64,000 bases of DNA from Actinomycetota bacterium (lineage in GTDB: Bacteria; Actinomycetota; UBA4738). The translations under genes and the position numbers were made by a program. Numbering within the stretch: position 1 is the stretch's first letter; the number at the start of each line of letters is the position of its first letter. The stretch is taken from positions 8,614 through 72,613 of the forward strand of contig DATLZQ010000052.1 of NCBI GenBank assembly GCA_035573915.1. The letters are read 5' to 3'. The notes under the pieces are model-generated. The model did no database searches, was not told the DNA's origin, and saw only the letters and a program-made list of their open reading frames with translations. Positions 48,408 to 58,337 of this stretch are shown here, in pieces.

Positions 48408-49835
48408 CTACAGGGGTACGTGGGAGAGGACCAGCAGCCTCGGCTCAGTCATGGCCTCCATGGCGTAGCGGAGCCCCTCCCGGCCGTACCCGGAGTCCTT
48501 GGAGCCGCCGTACGGCATCTGGTCCGCCCGGAACGCCGAGACGTCGTTCACGATCACCCCGCCCACCTGGAGCTCACGGTGCGCCAGCAGGGCCCGCTCG
48601 ATGGAGCTCGTGAACACCCCGGCCTGCAGGCCGTAGGGCGAGGCGTTGACCTCGGCCAGGGCCTCCTCGAAGGTCTGGTAGGGCTGGACGGTGATGACCG
48701 GGCCGAAGACCTCCTCGCAGCGGACCTTCATCTCCGGGGTGGTCTTGGTGAGGATCGTCGGGTAGTAGAAGGGGTCCTCCCGCCGGCCCCCGGTCACGAC
48801 CTCGGCCCCCTGCTCCACGGCCTCCCGGACCCAGGCGTCCACCCGGTCCAGGGCCCCCCGGTCGATGAGAGGTCCCACGTCCACGGTGGGGTCCATGGGG
48901 TCCCCCACCTTGAGGCTCTCCACCTGCTTGACCAGCCGGGCCATGAAGGCGTCGTACACCTCGGACTGGACCAGGACCCGCTGCACGGCGATGCAGGACT
49001 GCCCGGCCTGGTAGTAGCCCCCCACCGCCACCCGCTGGGCGGCGTGGTCGAGGTCCGCGTCGGAGTGCACGATGACCCCGGCGTTCCCCCCGAGCTCCAG
49101 GGTCACGTGCTTGCGGGGGTCGAGGCCCTTGAGCTTCCAGCCCACGGCGCTGGAGCCGGTGAACGAGATCTTCTTGAACCGGGGGTCGGTGACCAGCCGC
49201 TCCGCCCGTTGCGCCGAGATGGGCAGGACCGAGAGCATCCCCCTGGGGAGCTCGGTCTCGGCGAACAGCTCGGCCAGGGCCAGGGCCCCCAGGGGCGTGG
49301 CCCCGGCCGGCTTGACCACGATGGGGCAGCCCACGGCCAGGGCGGGGGCCACCTTGTGGGCCACGAGGTTCACCGGGAAGTTGAACGGGGTGATCCCCAG
49401 GACCGGCCCCAGGGGGAACCGGCGGAGGATGCCAGCCCGGCTCCCCAGGGCGGGGTCGGTGTCGAGGCGCATGAACTCCCCGCCCATCCGCCGGCACTCC
49501 TCCGCGGCCCAGCGGAACGTGGACACGGCCCTGGTCACCTCAACGGTCGACCACTTGAGGGGCTTCCCCCCTTCCCGGGTGACCAGCTCGGCCAGCTCGG
49601 AGAGCCGCTCCCCGATGCGGCGGGAGATGTGCATGAGGGCTTCCGCCCGGACGTGGGTGGGGAGGGTCCGGGACTCCCGGAAGGTCTCCGCGGCCCGGGT
49701 CACGGCCTCCTCCACGTCCCGGTCCGTGGGCACCGCGACCTCGGCCACCACGCTTCCGTCGTAGGGGCTGTGCACGGCAAGGGTCCCCTCGCCGGTCCGC
49801 CACTCGCCACCGACGTAGAAGGGCTTCACCGTCAT
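48408..49835 (-). CDS. NAD(P)-dependent aldehyde dehydrogenase
   Basis: ATG at 49835 (MTVKPFYVGGEW). Catalytic ELGGNAG and Cys in QAGQSCIA. Confidence 0.85.
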   Translation of the reverse strand: MTVKPFYVGGEWRTGEGTLAVHSPYDGSVVAEVAVPTDRDVEEAVTRAAETFRESRTLPTHVRAEALMHISRRIGERLSELAELVTREGGKPLKWSTVEVTRAVSTFRWAAEECRRMGGEFMRLDTDPALGSRAGILRRFPLGPVLGITPFNFPVNLVAHKVAPALAVGCPIVVKPAGATPLGALALAELFAETELPRGMLSVLPISAQRAERLVTDPRFKKISFTGSSAVGWKLKGLDPRKHVTLELGGNAGVIVHSDADLDHAAQRVAVGGYYQAGQSCIAVQRVLVQSEVYDAFMARLVKQVESLKVGDPMDPTVDVGPLIDRGALDRVDAWVREAVEQGAEVVTGGRREDPFYYPTILTKTTPEMKVRCEEVFGPVITVQPYQTFEEALAEVNASPYGLQAGVFTSSIERALLAHRELQVGGVIVNDVSAFRADQMPYGGSKDSGYGREGLRYAMEAMTEPRLLVLSHVPL

Positions 49836-49871
49836 GGTCACCTCACCCCTTCCCGGCCCCCGTGGGGCCAC

Positions 49872-51326
49872 TCAGTCGATCACCGCCATCACGTGCTTGA
49901 GGTTCGTGTACTCCTCGACCGAGTAGATCGACATGTCCTTCCCGTACCCGCTCTGCTTGTAGCCCCCGTGCGGCATCTCCGGGGTGAGCAGCAGGTGGGT
50001 GTTGATCCACACCGTCCCGAACCGCAGCCGCCGGGAGGCGTTCAGGGCCCGCCCAACGTCCCGGGTCCACACCGAGGCCGCCAGGCCGTACTCCACGTCG
50101 TTGGCCCAGGCGATGGCCTGCTCGTCGTCCTCGAACCGCTGCACGGTCACGACCGGGCCGAACACCTCCTGCTGGACGATCTCCGCTTTCTGGTCCACGT
50201 CGGTGATGACGGTGGGCTTGTAGAAGAACCCCGGGCCCTCCAGGCGCTCCCCGCCCGTGAGGACCCTGGCCCCGCCCTGCCGGGCCCGCTCCACGAAGCC
50301 GGCCACCCGTTCGAGCTGAGGCTCCGCCACCACCGGGCCCATCTCGGTGTCCTCTTTGAAGGGGTCCCCCACCACGATGGACTCCACGGCCGGGACCAGC
50401 TCGGAGAGGAGGTTCTCGTAGATCCGGGGCCCGGCCAGGACCCGGGTGGCCGCCGTGCAGTCCTGCCCGGAGTTGAAGTAGCCCGCGATCTTGATCCACT
50501 CCACCGAGGACTCCAGGTTGGCGTCGTCGAACACCACCACCGGGGCCTTCCCCCCGAGCTCTAGGTGCACCCGCTTGAGGGTGTCGGCCGCCGCCCGGGC
50601 CACTTCCTTGCCCGTGGTCACCTCCCCGGTCAGGGAGACCATCCCCACCCCGGGGTGCCGCACGATGGCCGCCCCGGTGGGGACCCCGTCCCCGGTCACC
50701 ACGTTGAACACGCCGGGCGGGAAGATCTCCGCCGCGAACTCCGCCACCCGGAGGACGGTGAGGGGGGTCCACTCGGACGGCTTGAGGACCACCGTGTTGC
50801 CCGCGGCCAGGGCCGGCCCGAACTTCCAGATGGCCATCCACAGGGGGTAGTTCCAGGGGGCGATGAGGCCCACCACCCCGATGGGCTCCCTGCGGAGCAT
50901 GCTCGTGTAGAGGGTCCCGTCCGCCTTGAAGTACTCCCCCACGGAGAGACCGTCCAGGTGGCGGGCGGCGCCGGCGAAAAAGCGCAGGTGGTCTACGAGC
51001 ACGGGCATCTCGTCCCGCATGACCATGCGGATGGGCTTGCCGACGTTCTCCGCCTCCAGCCGCCCCAGCTCCTCGGCGTGCTCCTCGATCCGGTCGGCCA
51101 GCTTGAGGAGCATGGCCGAGCGCTCCCCGGGGGTGGTGTCGAACCATACCTCGTCGAAGGCCTTCTGGGCGGCCCGCACGGCCCGGTCCACGTCCTCCTC
51201 CCCGGCCCGGGGGACCTCGGCGATGACCTCCCCGGTGGCCGGGTTGACCACGGGAAGGGTCTCCCCGCTGACCGCGTCCACGAACTCCCCCCCGACGAAC
51301 ATCCGCTTCACCGCCGCGGTGGCCAT
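49872..51326 (-). CDS. NAD-dependent aldehyde dehydrogenase (aminobutyraldehyde/betaine-aldehyde DH-like)
   Basis: ELGGKAP and GQDCTAATR catalytic motifs. Confidence 0.88.
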   Translation of the reverse strand: MATAAVKRMFVGGEFVDAVSGETLPVVNPATGEVIAEVPRAGEEDVDRAVRAAQKAFDEVWFDTTPGERSAMLLKLADRIEEHAEELGRLEAENVGKPIRMVMRDEMPVLVDHLRFFAGAARHLDGLSVGEYFKADGTLYTSMLRREPIGVVGLIAPWNYPLWMAIWKFGPALAAGNTVVLKPSEWTPLTVLRVAEFAAEIFPPGVFNVVTGDGVPTGAAIVRHPGVGMVSLTGEVTTGKEVARAAADTLKRVHLELGGKAPVVVFDDANLESSVEWIKIAGYFNSGQDCTAATRVLAGPRIYENLLSELVPAVESIVVGDPFKEDTEMGPVVAEPQLERVAGFVERARQGGARVLTGGERLEGPGFFYKPTVITDVDQKAEIVQQEVFGPVVTVQRFEDDEQAIAWANDVEYGLAASVWTRDVGRALNASRRLRFGTVWINTHLLLTPEMPHGGYKQSGYGKDMSIYSVEEYTNLKHVMAVID

Positions 51327-51472
51327 GGCTCCCCTCCTCGCTCGGTTCCGGCCCGACGATCAGACACAAGGCTACCCAAGACCAGGGGAGGCGCGGGGCC
51401 GGTCCTGGACCAGCCCCGTAGAATGCGGGCCACGGGCGGAGGGCCCGCCCGGACGACCAGGCGAGGTGGCGC

Positions 51473-52819
51473 GTGGAGGTCCCCCAGGAACGGCGGCTGG
51501 TCACCGAGATCCCCGGCCCCAGGTCCAGGGCCCTGCTCGAGCGGCGGGCCCGGGCCGTCCCCCGGGCCGTGTTCCTCACCACCCCGGTGTTCGTGGAGGC
51601 CGCCTCGGGGGCTGTCCTGCGGGACGTGGACGGCAACCAGCTCATCGACCTGGGGGCCGGCCTGGCCGTGCTCAACGTGGGCAACGCCCATCCCCGGGTG
51701 GTGGAGGCGGTCCGGGCCCAGGTGGAGCGGTTCACCCACACCTGTCAGCACGTGACCTCCGCCGAGCCCTACGTGGAGCTGGCGGAGCGGCTCAACGCCC
51801 TGGTCCCGGGGGAGGGGCCGCGCAAGACGATGTTCGTCAACTCCGGCGCCGAGGCCGTGGAGAACGCGGTCAAGGTGGCCCGGTACTTTACGGGGCGTCC
51901 CGGGGTGGTCGTGGTAGAGCACGCCTTCCACGGGCGGACCCTCCTGGCCATGACCATGACCGGCAAGGCCATGCCGTACAAGGCCAGGCTGGGGCCGTTC
52001 GCCCCCGAGGTCTACCGTGTGCCGTTCTCCTACCCCTACCGGTGTCCGGCCGGGGGCACCACCCCGGAGGAGTGCGCCCGGCGGTGCCTGGCCCGGGCCG
52101 TGGACCTCATGGAGAAGCACGTCGGGCCGGAGCACATCGCCTGCCTGGTGGTGGAGCCCATCCTGGGGGAGGGCGGGTTCGTCGTACCGGGGCCCGGGTT
52201 CCTCTCCGGGCTCGCCGACTACTGTCGGGACCGGGGGATCCTGTTCGTGGCCGACGAGGTCCAGACGGGGCTCGGGCGCACGGGGCGGTGGTTCGGGGTG
52301 GAGCACGAGGGGGTGGTGCCGGACCTCGTGACCACCGCCAAGTCCCTGGCCGGGGGGCTCCCCCTGGGGGCCGTCACCGGTCGGGAGGACGTCCTGGAGA
52401 GCGTCCACGTCGGTGGGCTGGGCGGGACCTTCGGGGGCAACCCCCTGGCCTGCGCCGCCGCCCTGGCCGTCCTGGAGACCGTGGAGGACCTCAAGCTCCT
52501 GGAGCGGGCCCGCCGCATCGAGGAGGTGGCCCTGGCCCGGCTCCGGGAGTTCCAGGAGCGCTTCCCCCTGGTGGGAGACGTCCGGGGACGGGGGGCCATG
52601 CTGGCCATGGAGCTCGTGGAGAACCGGGCCACCAGGGCCCCAGCCCCCGCCCCCGCCTCCCGGGTGGTCGAGGAGTGCTACCGGCGCGGGGTGGTGGTCC
52701 TCAAGGCCGGGACCTACGACAACGTGATCCGTCTCCTCCCCCCGCTCACCATCGACGAGGCCCTGCTCCAGGAGGGCCTGGACGTCGTGGAGGAGGCCCT
52801 GACCGCGACCCAGGGCTGA
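51473..52819 (+). CDS. gabT: 4-aminobutyrate aminotransferase (class-III aminotransferase)
   Basis: GTG start. DEVQTGLGRTG and TTAKSLAGGLP (PLP lysine) motifs. Confidence 0.85.
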   Translation: MEVPQERRLVTEIPGPRSRALLERRARAVPRAVFLTTPVFVEAASGAVLRDVDGNQLIDLGAGLAVLNVGNAHPRVVEAVRAQVERFTHTCQHVTSAEPYVELAERLNALVPGEGPRKTMFVNSGAEAVENAVKVARYFTGRPGVVVVEHAFHGRTLLAMTMTGKAMPYKARLGPFAPEVYRVPFSYPYRCPAGGTTPEECARRCLARAVDLMEKHVGPEHIACLVVEPILGEGGFVVPGPGFLSGLADYCRDRGILFVADEVQTGLGRTGRWFGVEHEGVVPDLVTTAKSLAGGLPLGAVTGREDVLESVHVGGLGGTFGGNPLACAAALAVLETVEDLKLLERARRIEEVALARLREFQERFPLVGDVRGRGAMLAMELVENRATRAPAPAPASRVVEECYRRGVVVLKAGTYDNVIRLLPPLTIDEALLQEGLDVVEEALTATQG

Positions 52820-52869
52820 AGCGTGCTGGTGGTCGCGAGTTGGGCCTGGTCGGCAAGGGGGAACCCGGA

Positions 52870-53166
52870 GTGGCCAAGCTTACCGAGCAAGAGGTCCGGC
52901 GGGCGCTGGCCGCGGGGGACCTGCCGGGCTGGCGGTACGAGCGCGGGGAGATCTTCAAGCACTACAAGTTCCGCACGTTCATGGAGGCCATCGCCTTCAT
53001 CAACCGGGTCGCGGAGCGGGCCGAGGCCATGGACCACCACCCGGACCTCGAGAACCACTACAACCGGGTCCGGGTGGGGCTCCACACCTGGAGCGAGAGC
53101 GGGGTCACGGAAAAGGACCTGGCCCTGGCCCGCGAGATCGAGGCGGTGGCCGAGCCCCCCGCCTGA
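52870..53166 (+). CDS. 4a-hydroxytetrahydrobiopterin (pterin-4a-carbinolamine) dehydratase
   Basis: 99 aa. W...E...I.K.Y.F..F..A..F...VA..AE...HHPD(L) signature. GTG at 52870; TTG at 52840 is an alternative. Confidence 0.75.
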   Translation: MAKLTEQEVRRALAAGDLPGWRYERGEIFKHYKFRTFMEAIAFINRVAERAEAMDHHPDLENHYNRVRVGLHTWSESGVTEKDLALAREIEAVAEPPA

Positions 53167-53185
53167 GACCGGCGGCCCGGGCCCG

Positions 53186-53470
53186 TCAGTGGGGGCGGAC
53201 GTTGGGCGGGGACCCCGGCGGCCGGAGGACCAGCCGGTCGTGGGGCTCCTCCACGTCGAGCAGCCCCTCCAGGCCCCGTTCCACGTAGAGGGTGACCGGG
53301 CCCACCGCGAGCACCTCGTCCGAGGGGTCGGGCTCCTCGGTCAGGACGGCCTGAACACCGGCGTCCGTCCGGGTCAGTCGGATCCTGGCCTTGGGGTTGA
53401 ACCGGGTGGCGGCGGCCTGGGACCGCTCCAGGATCTCCCTCGCCCAGTCCGTGACCTCGATCGGTGCCAT
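53186..53470 (-). CDS. Small hypothetical protein, HesB/IscA-like fold without conserved cysteines
   Basis: 94 aa. Periodic pattern (I.VTD.A...L..........IRL.....G...VL.EE....D.V...G.V.LYVE) resembles the HesB-like domain. Weak call. Confidence 0.3.
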   Translation of the reverse strand: MAPIEVTDWAREILERSQAAATRFNPKARIRLTRTDAGVQAVLTEEPDPSDEVLAVGPVTLYVERGLEGLLDVEEPHDRLVLRPPGSPPNVRPH

Positions 53471-53525
53471 CCGAACCCCGCGGCCGCTCGATGCGTCTGA
53501 CCGGGGAAGACCATAGCAGCGGCGG

Positions 53526-54530
53526 TCAGCTGAGCGGGTAGGGGGGCTGCCACCACCACGGGACCTCCGAGACCTCGACCTCCCGGACCCACTTCACCCA
53601 CCAGTACCCGCGCCGGCCGGGCGCCACCAGGCGGGCCGGGAACCCGTGGCCCGCGGACAGCGGCTCCCCGCCCACCCGGATGGCCAGCCACAGCCGGTCG
53701 GCGTCGGCCAGGGGGAACCTCCGCCAGTAACCGGTCACCGACCGCACGGTGACGCTCCGCCCAGAGGCCGACCCCAGCAGCGAGCTCAGCCGAACGCCCT
53801 CCCACCGCTGCCGGGCGAACCACCCGCCGGTGCAGTCCAGGGTGGCCAGGACGGGCTCGCGGCGGGCCTCGAGCTCGCCGAGGCTCAGGCGGCGGACCCC
53901 GGCCCCGGGCACGACGACCCGGAGCTCCCAGGCGGCGGGGTCGACCGCCGGGACGGGGTCGTCCAGCCACTGGACGACCGGCATCGCCCGGGGCCGGTAG
54001 GACCCCACCTCGAACGAGCCGGTGAACCGCCGGGCCCGCCCCGGGAGCCTGGCCACCCTGACCAGCCCGGCCAAAGCGCCGTAGGCGACCAGGCTGCCCG
54101 CGGCCAGGAGCCCGGCCCGGAGCAGGGCCCGCCGCGAGAGGTCCGTCCGCCGCGGGCGGACCCTGCGGGCCGCCACGTGCCACAGCCCCAGGGGCACGGA
54201 GGCCAGGGCCGCCCCCACGTGCAGCTGCATGGCCGTGACCCCGCCCACGGAGCGCAGCAGGCCCGTGGAGTGCCCCACGCCGGCGGCCACGCACACCGCG
54301 AGGACCAGGGTGAAGGCGAGCGAGACCCAGGACCCCGGACGTCGCCGCAGGCCCCGCCGCACGATGGCCCACTTCCAGGGGACGAGGAGCAGGACCCCCA
54401 GCCCGGCCGCCCCGTGGGCCACCACGGGGACCCGGACCAGGGCCGTGCCCAGGGCGAAGGCCAGGCCCCCGGTGGCCAGGGCCACCCCCAGGAGAGCGAG
54501 CAGCGCGAGGTTCGTCCCTCGCCCCGCCAT
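53526..54530 (-). CDS. Molybdopterin-dependent oxidoreductase (sulfite-oxidase/MsrP family) with N-terminal transmembrane segment(s)
   Basis: ATG at 54530. N-terminal hydrophobic helices, then Mo-cofactor domain motifs (LATLDCTGGW, HGFPARLVAPGRRGYWWVKW). Confidence 0.75.
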   Translation of the reverse strand: MAGRGTNLALLALLGVALATGGLAFALGTALVRVPVVAHGAAGLGVLLLVPWKWAIVRRGLRRRPGSWVSLAFTLVLAVCVAAGVGHSTGLLRSVGGVTAMQLHVGAALASVPLGLWHVAARRVRPRRTDLSRRALLRAGLLAAGSLVAYGALAGLVRVARLPGRARRFTGSFEVGSYRPRAMPVVQWLDDPVPAVDPAAWELRVVVPGAGVRRLSLGELEARREPVLATLDCTGGWFARQRWEGVRLSSLLGSASGRSVTVRSVTGYWRRFPLADADRLWLAIRVGGEPLSAGHGFPARLVAPGRRGYWWVKWVREVEVSEVPWWWQPPYPLS

Positions 54531-54551
54531 GGCTTCATCGTCCCACGAGGA

Positions 54552-54581
54552 GCCGCTCCGGAGCGGCCCATGAGCGGGCCG
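54552..54581. promoter_or_regulatory. Perfect 16-bp palindrome GCCGCTCCGGAGCGGC followed by hairpin CGGCCC-ATGAGC-GGGCCG
   Basis: Located 22-50 nt upstream of the Mo-oxidoreductase start, in the divergent region shared with the MgtE-like gene. Confidence 0.4.
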
Positions 54582-54707
54582 CCCCGAGCCCGGCCCGCCG
54601 AGTCCGCTCCCGGGCCACCTCGGTTGTCCGAGGCGGAGGGGGCGCGCATACTCGCTCGGGCTGTCGCAGCCCGAGGAAGGAGGGACGCGAGCGATGGGCG
54701 TGCCGTT

Positions 54708-55949
54708 ATGGCCCGCGGAGCCAGGCGCCGGACCCGGCCGCTGTTCGCCTACTGGCGGGCGGAGCGACGCACGCTGCGCCAGGGCCTGGTGGCGCTCCTC
54801 GTGGGTACCCTGGCCGCGCTCGTCGCGGGCGTCACGCTGGGCTCCATCACCGAGACCCTGGAGGCCCTCCCCGGCCTGATTATCCTGGTCCCCGCGGCGG
54901 CGGGGATGCGGGGGACGATCTTCGGAGCCCTGGGGGCCCGGCTGGGGACCAGCATCCACGCCGGCCTGTTCGAGATCAGCTCCTCCCGGACCGGCGTGCT
55001 CTACCAGAACGTGGTCACCAGCGTGGTGACCACGTTGGGCTCGTCCCTGTACCTGGCCGGGCTGGCCAAGCTGGCGGCAGTGGCCTTCGGGCTTCGGTCC
55101 ATCTCGTTCCTCGACTTCGTCACGATCTCCATGGTCGGGGGGATCCTGGGCTCGGCGGTGGTCCTCGGCTTCACCGTCCTCATGTCCGTGGTCTCCTACC
55201 GGCGGGGGTACGACCTGGACACGGTGGCCACGCCCCTCGTCACGGCGGCGGGGGACATGACCACCGTCCCCACCCTCTTCCTGGCCACGTTCCTGGTCCG
55301 GGTCGGGTGGCTCAACGCCGCCATCGCCGCCGTGGCCATCGCGGTCACCCTCTGGGCGCTGGTGAGCGCCGCCCGTTCCGACCTCCCCCAGGCCCGCCGG
55401 GCCATGGTGGAGATGGTGGGGGTCATCGTCCTTACCCCGCTCCTCGACATCCTGGCCGGGACGGTGGTGGAGGCCCGCCTGGAGCGCTTCCTGGCCCTCC
55501 CCGGACTGCTCGTGGTCATCCCGCCCCTCGTCTCCAACGCCGGAGCTCTGGGGGGGATCCTCTCCTCCCGCCTCTCCTCCAAGCTTCACCTGGGGACGCT
55601 GGACCCGAGGGGCCGGCCGCAGGGCCCCGCCCTCCTCGACGCCTCCCTGGTCCTCGGGCTGGGGCTGGCCGCCTTCACCGCCGTGGGGGTCCTGGCCCTG
55701 GGGGTGAGCGCCCTGGCCGGGATGGCCCACCCGGGGGCCCCGGTGATGATCGGGGGGACGCTCCTTGCGGGTATCATCGCCTTGGTCGTAACGGTCGTGG
55801 TGAGCTACTACGTGGCGGTCCTTACGGCGAGGTTCGGGCTGGACCCGGACAACCACTCCGTCCCCGTCATCACCAGCGTGATGGACCTGGCGGGGGTCCT
55901 GAGCTACCTCTTCGTCCTCACCGTGCTGGGAGTGGCGCCCCATGGGTGA
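54708..55949 (+). CDS. MgtE-family divalent-cation transporter (membrane domain only, internally duplicated)
   Basis: 414 aa, two repeats of the MgtE TM module (PGLIILVPAAAGMRGT... and PGLLVVIPPLVSNAGALGG...). No N-terminal MgtE-N/CBS cytosolic domains. Confidence 0.75.
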   Translation: MARGARRRTRPLFAYWRAERRTLRQGLVALLVGTLAALVAGVTLGSITETLEALPGLIILVPAAAGMRGTIFGALGARLGTSIHAGLFEISSSRTGVLYQNVVTSVVTTLGSSLYLAGLAKLAAVAFGLRSISFLDFVTISMVGGILGSAVVLGFTVLMSVVSYRRGYDLDTVATPLVTAAGDMTTVPTLFLATFLVRVGWLNAAIAAVAIAVTLWALVSAARSDLPQARRAMVEMVGVIVLTPLLDILAGTVVEARLERFLALPGLLVVIPPLVSNAGALGGILSSRLSSKLHLGTLDPRGRPQGPALLDASLVLGLGLAAFTAVGVLALGVSALAGMAHPGAPVMIGGTLLAGIIALVVTVVVSYYVAVLTARFGLDPDNHSVPVITSVMDLAGVLSYLFVLTVLGVAPHG

Positions 55950-57141
55950 CGACGAGCCGAGGAACGTCAAGGAGCTTCTCGTCGAGTCCAAGGACGTCTC
56001 CGAGCTCATGGTGGACCTGGGCTACGCCGCCGTGTTCTTCAACGACGAGGACCTGGCGGCCGAGGTCCTCCAGCTCGAGGAGCGGCTGGGCGGCTACCTG
56101 TGGCGGCTACGGGAGATCGCCATCCTGGCCGCCCGCTCCCCCGAGGACGCCGAGGCCATGGCCGGCGTCCTCCGGGTGGCGGAGGCCATCGAGAAGATCG
56201 GGGCGGCCGCCGCGGACATCGCCCGGGTCATCCAGGTGCACCTGGGGATCCCGACGGGCCTCCGGCCGGCCCTCCGCCACGCCGACGAGATCGTGGGCCG
56301 GGTCCGGGTCCGGGAGGGAGCCCCCTGCGTGGGCCGGTCCCTCAGGGAACTCCTCCTCCCCTCGGAGACCGGGATGTGGATCATGGCCGTCCGCCGGGGA
56401 GAGCAGTGGGAGTTCGACCCGGGGCCCGACACGGTCCTCTCCGAAGGGGACGTCCTCCTGTTCCAGGGGCCGGCGGAGGGGGTGAACCTCCTCCGGGCCG
56501 TGGCCGGGGCCCACCCCCTGCCCGAGCCCCCCGAGGAGGCGGGGCCTCCCCTCACCGAGCTGGACCGGGCCGTGGACATCCTGATCGAGATGAAGAACGC
56601 CGCCGAGGTGGCGGTGGGCCTGGCCTACTCGGCCCTCCTGTTCAAGGACCCCGCCCTGGCCGCGGAGGTGGCCACGCTCGAGGCCCGCTCCGACATGCTC
56701 CTCGACGAGCTCGAGTCCTGGGTGCTCAAGGCGGCCCCCGAGGCTCGCAACCCCGACGAGCTGCGGGGGCTCCTTCGGCTGGCCTACGCCAGCGAGGCCA
56801 TCTTCGACGCGGCTCGGGACATGACCTGGCTCGTCGAACGGGGGGAGGAGCTCCACCCGGTCATCCAGGCCGCCCTGGAGGAGACCGAGGAGGTGGCCAC
56901 CCAGATGGTCGTGGAGCGTGGCTCCCGGGCGGAGGGCCGCTCCCTCCGCCAGCTTCAGCTGGAGACCGAGACGGGGGTGTTCGTCCTAGCGGTCCAACGC
57001 GGCCGGCGGTGGATCTACCGCCCCCGGCCCCAGCTCGTGCTGGAGGCTGGCGACCGGGTGATCGGGGTCGGACCGGAGGAGGGGATCCCGGAGCTCGAGG
57101 CCCTCTTCCGGGCGCCGCAGCCCGCCGTGGACCGGGACTGA
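55942..57141 (+). CDS. TrkA-C (RCK_C) domain-containing regulatory protein with PhoU-like helical regions
   Basis: Start overlaps the MgtE-like stop (ATGGGTGA). Two RCK_C/TrkA-C beta domains (RVREGAPCVGRSLREL..., ERGSRAEGRSLRQL...), each preceded by a helical PhoU-like segment. Confidence 0.7.
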   Translation: MGDDEPRNVKELLVESKDVSELMVDLGYAAVFFNDEDLAAEVLQLEERLGGYLWRLREIAILAARSPEDAEAMAGVLRVAEAIEKIGAAAADIARVIQVHLGIPTGLRPALRHADEIVGRVRVREGAPCVGRSLRELLLPSETGMWIMAVRRGEQWEFDPGPDTVLSEGDVLLFQGPAEGVNLLRAVAGAHPLPEPPEEAGPPLTELDRAVDILIEMKNAAEVAVGLAYSALLFKDPALAAEVATLEARSDMLLDELESWVLKAAPEARNPDELRGLLRLAYASEAIFDAARDMTWLVERGEELHPVIQAALEETEEVATQMVVERGSRAEGRSLRQLQLETETGVFVLAVQRGRRWIYRPRPQLVLEAGDRVIGVGPEEGIPELEALFRAPQPAVDRD

Positions 57142-57208
57142 AACCCGCCTCCGCCGGCCGTCGGTCTGGCCCCGGGATCGGGGCCCCTTGAGTCGGTAAT
57201 AAGAGCTC

Positions 57209-58102
57209 TTAGGTTGGTCGGTACAGCCGTTCCAGCCCGAGGACGTCGCCCAGGCCCAGGGTGGTCTCCTCCGCCTGACACGGGTGGATGACGGGGCTCA
57301 TGGTCAGGGCCCCGTGGGCGGCCTCCCCCACGTGGCCCAGCCCCAAGACGTGGCCGAGCTCGTGGACGGCCACCGCCTCGACGCTCCACCGCCCCCAGCA
57401 GGGCCGGGAGAGATCCGTGGTCCAGGGGTAGGCATCGGAGAGCTTGACGTCGGCCTCCAGGGGACCTTTCGGGCCGACCCACCAGCAGGTGAGGGCCAGG
57501 TAGCCGAGGGCCAGGGGACCGAACCCCACCACGCTCCGTCGGTCCCGGGACAGGCACCCGGTCAGCCCCACCCCCAGGGGGGCATCGGTCCTGCCTCTGT
57601 AGGCCATCGGGACCTCAAGCTGGGGCTGGAGGCCGCAGTCGTTCCGCCCCTCGGCCAGGCTCGCCGCCGCCCCGAGCAGCGCCTCCTCCGCGGCCCGCGC
57701 GGAGAGCCCCGGGGGCAGCCGGCGGGCCCGGAACCACCAGACGAGCTCGCGGCGCCAGGGCCGGTGGTCGACGGCGAAGGCCGGGTCCCGGCAGGGGTCT
57801 CCGCCCGAGAGCAGCAGCTGCGGGGGAGGGCCGGAACGCCGCAGGACGACCGTGCCGTCCCCTCGGACCGTGACCCCCACGACGCGGGTCCGCCCGTCGG
57901 CCGAGACGGCCTCGACCCACACGGACTCCCCGCGGGCGGGCGGCGGGACGGTGATGCCGTCCACCCTGATCCCGTCCACCGGGCGGCCGTCCAGGGCCGG
58001 AGCGGGTCCCGGGCCAGGGCCGGGCCCTGGCGCAGGCGCCGGGAGCGCGCCGCCCACCAGCACGAAGACGGCGGCCAGGGCCCGACCGAGGTGGACCGCC
58101 AT
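57209..58102 (-). CDS. Secreted matrixin-family zinc metalloprotease
   Basis: Signal peptide, Pro/Gly-rich linker, and HELGHVLGLGH (HExxHxxGxxH) zincin motif with downstream Met-turn region. Confidence 0.8.
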   Translation of the reverse strand: MAVHLGRALAAVFVLVGGALPAPAPGPGPGPGPAPALDGRPVDGIRVDGITVPPPARGESVWVEAVSADGRTRVVGVTVRGDGTVVLRRSGPPPQLLLSGGDPCRDPAFAVDHRPWRRELVWWFRARRLPPGLSARAAEEALLGAAASLAEGRNDCGLQPQLEVPMAYRGRTDAPLGVGLTGCLSRDRRSVVGFGPLALGYLALTCWWVGPKGPLEADVKLSDAYPWTTDLSRPCWGRWSVEAVAVHELGHVLGLGHVGEAAHGALTMSPVIHPCQAEETTLGLGDVLGLERLYRPT

Positions 58103-58337
58103 CCTCCCCGCCGCCCTCCGCGACCCGCGCGCCGCCCGTCCCCCCGCTCCCGGCACCCCTCCCTCCCGCACCGTGTTGGGCGTGGAAGCACCCTTCTATC
58201 CCGGAGCGGGGCCGTCGCGCAAGTCGCGGACCGGTCCCTGGGGCACGCGGGGCCCGGCGCGCTGCGACGACGCAGTGACGGGGGGCGCGGACGGCGTCGG
58301 GGCCCCCGAGCGGCGGGCCAACCCCGAGGGGCGGTCG

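Noticed and set aside
57142-57211. Hairpin GGCCCC-GGGATC-GGGGCC and 12-bp palindrome TAAGAGCTCTTA between convergent TrkA-C and matrixin genes as intrinsic terminators
   Set aside because: Plausible bidirectional terminator structures, but no U-tract is present and the palindrome overlaps the matrixin stop codon. Too weak to annotate as a feature.
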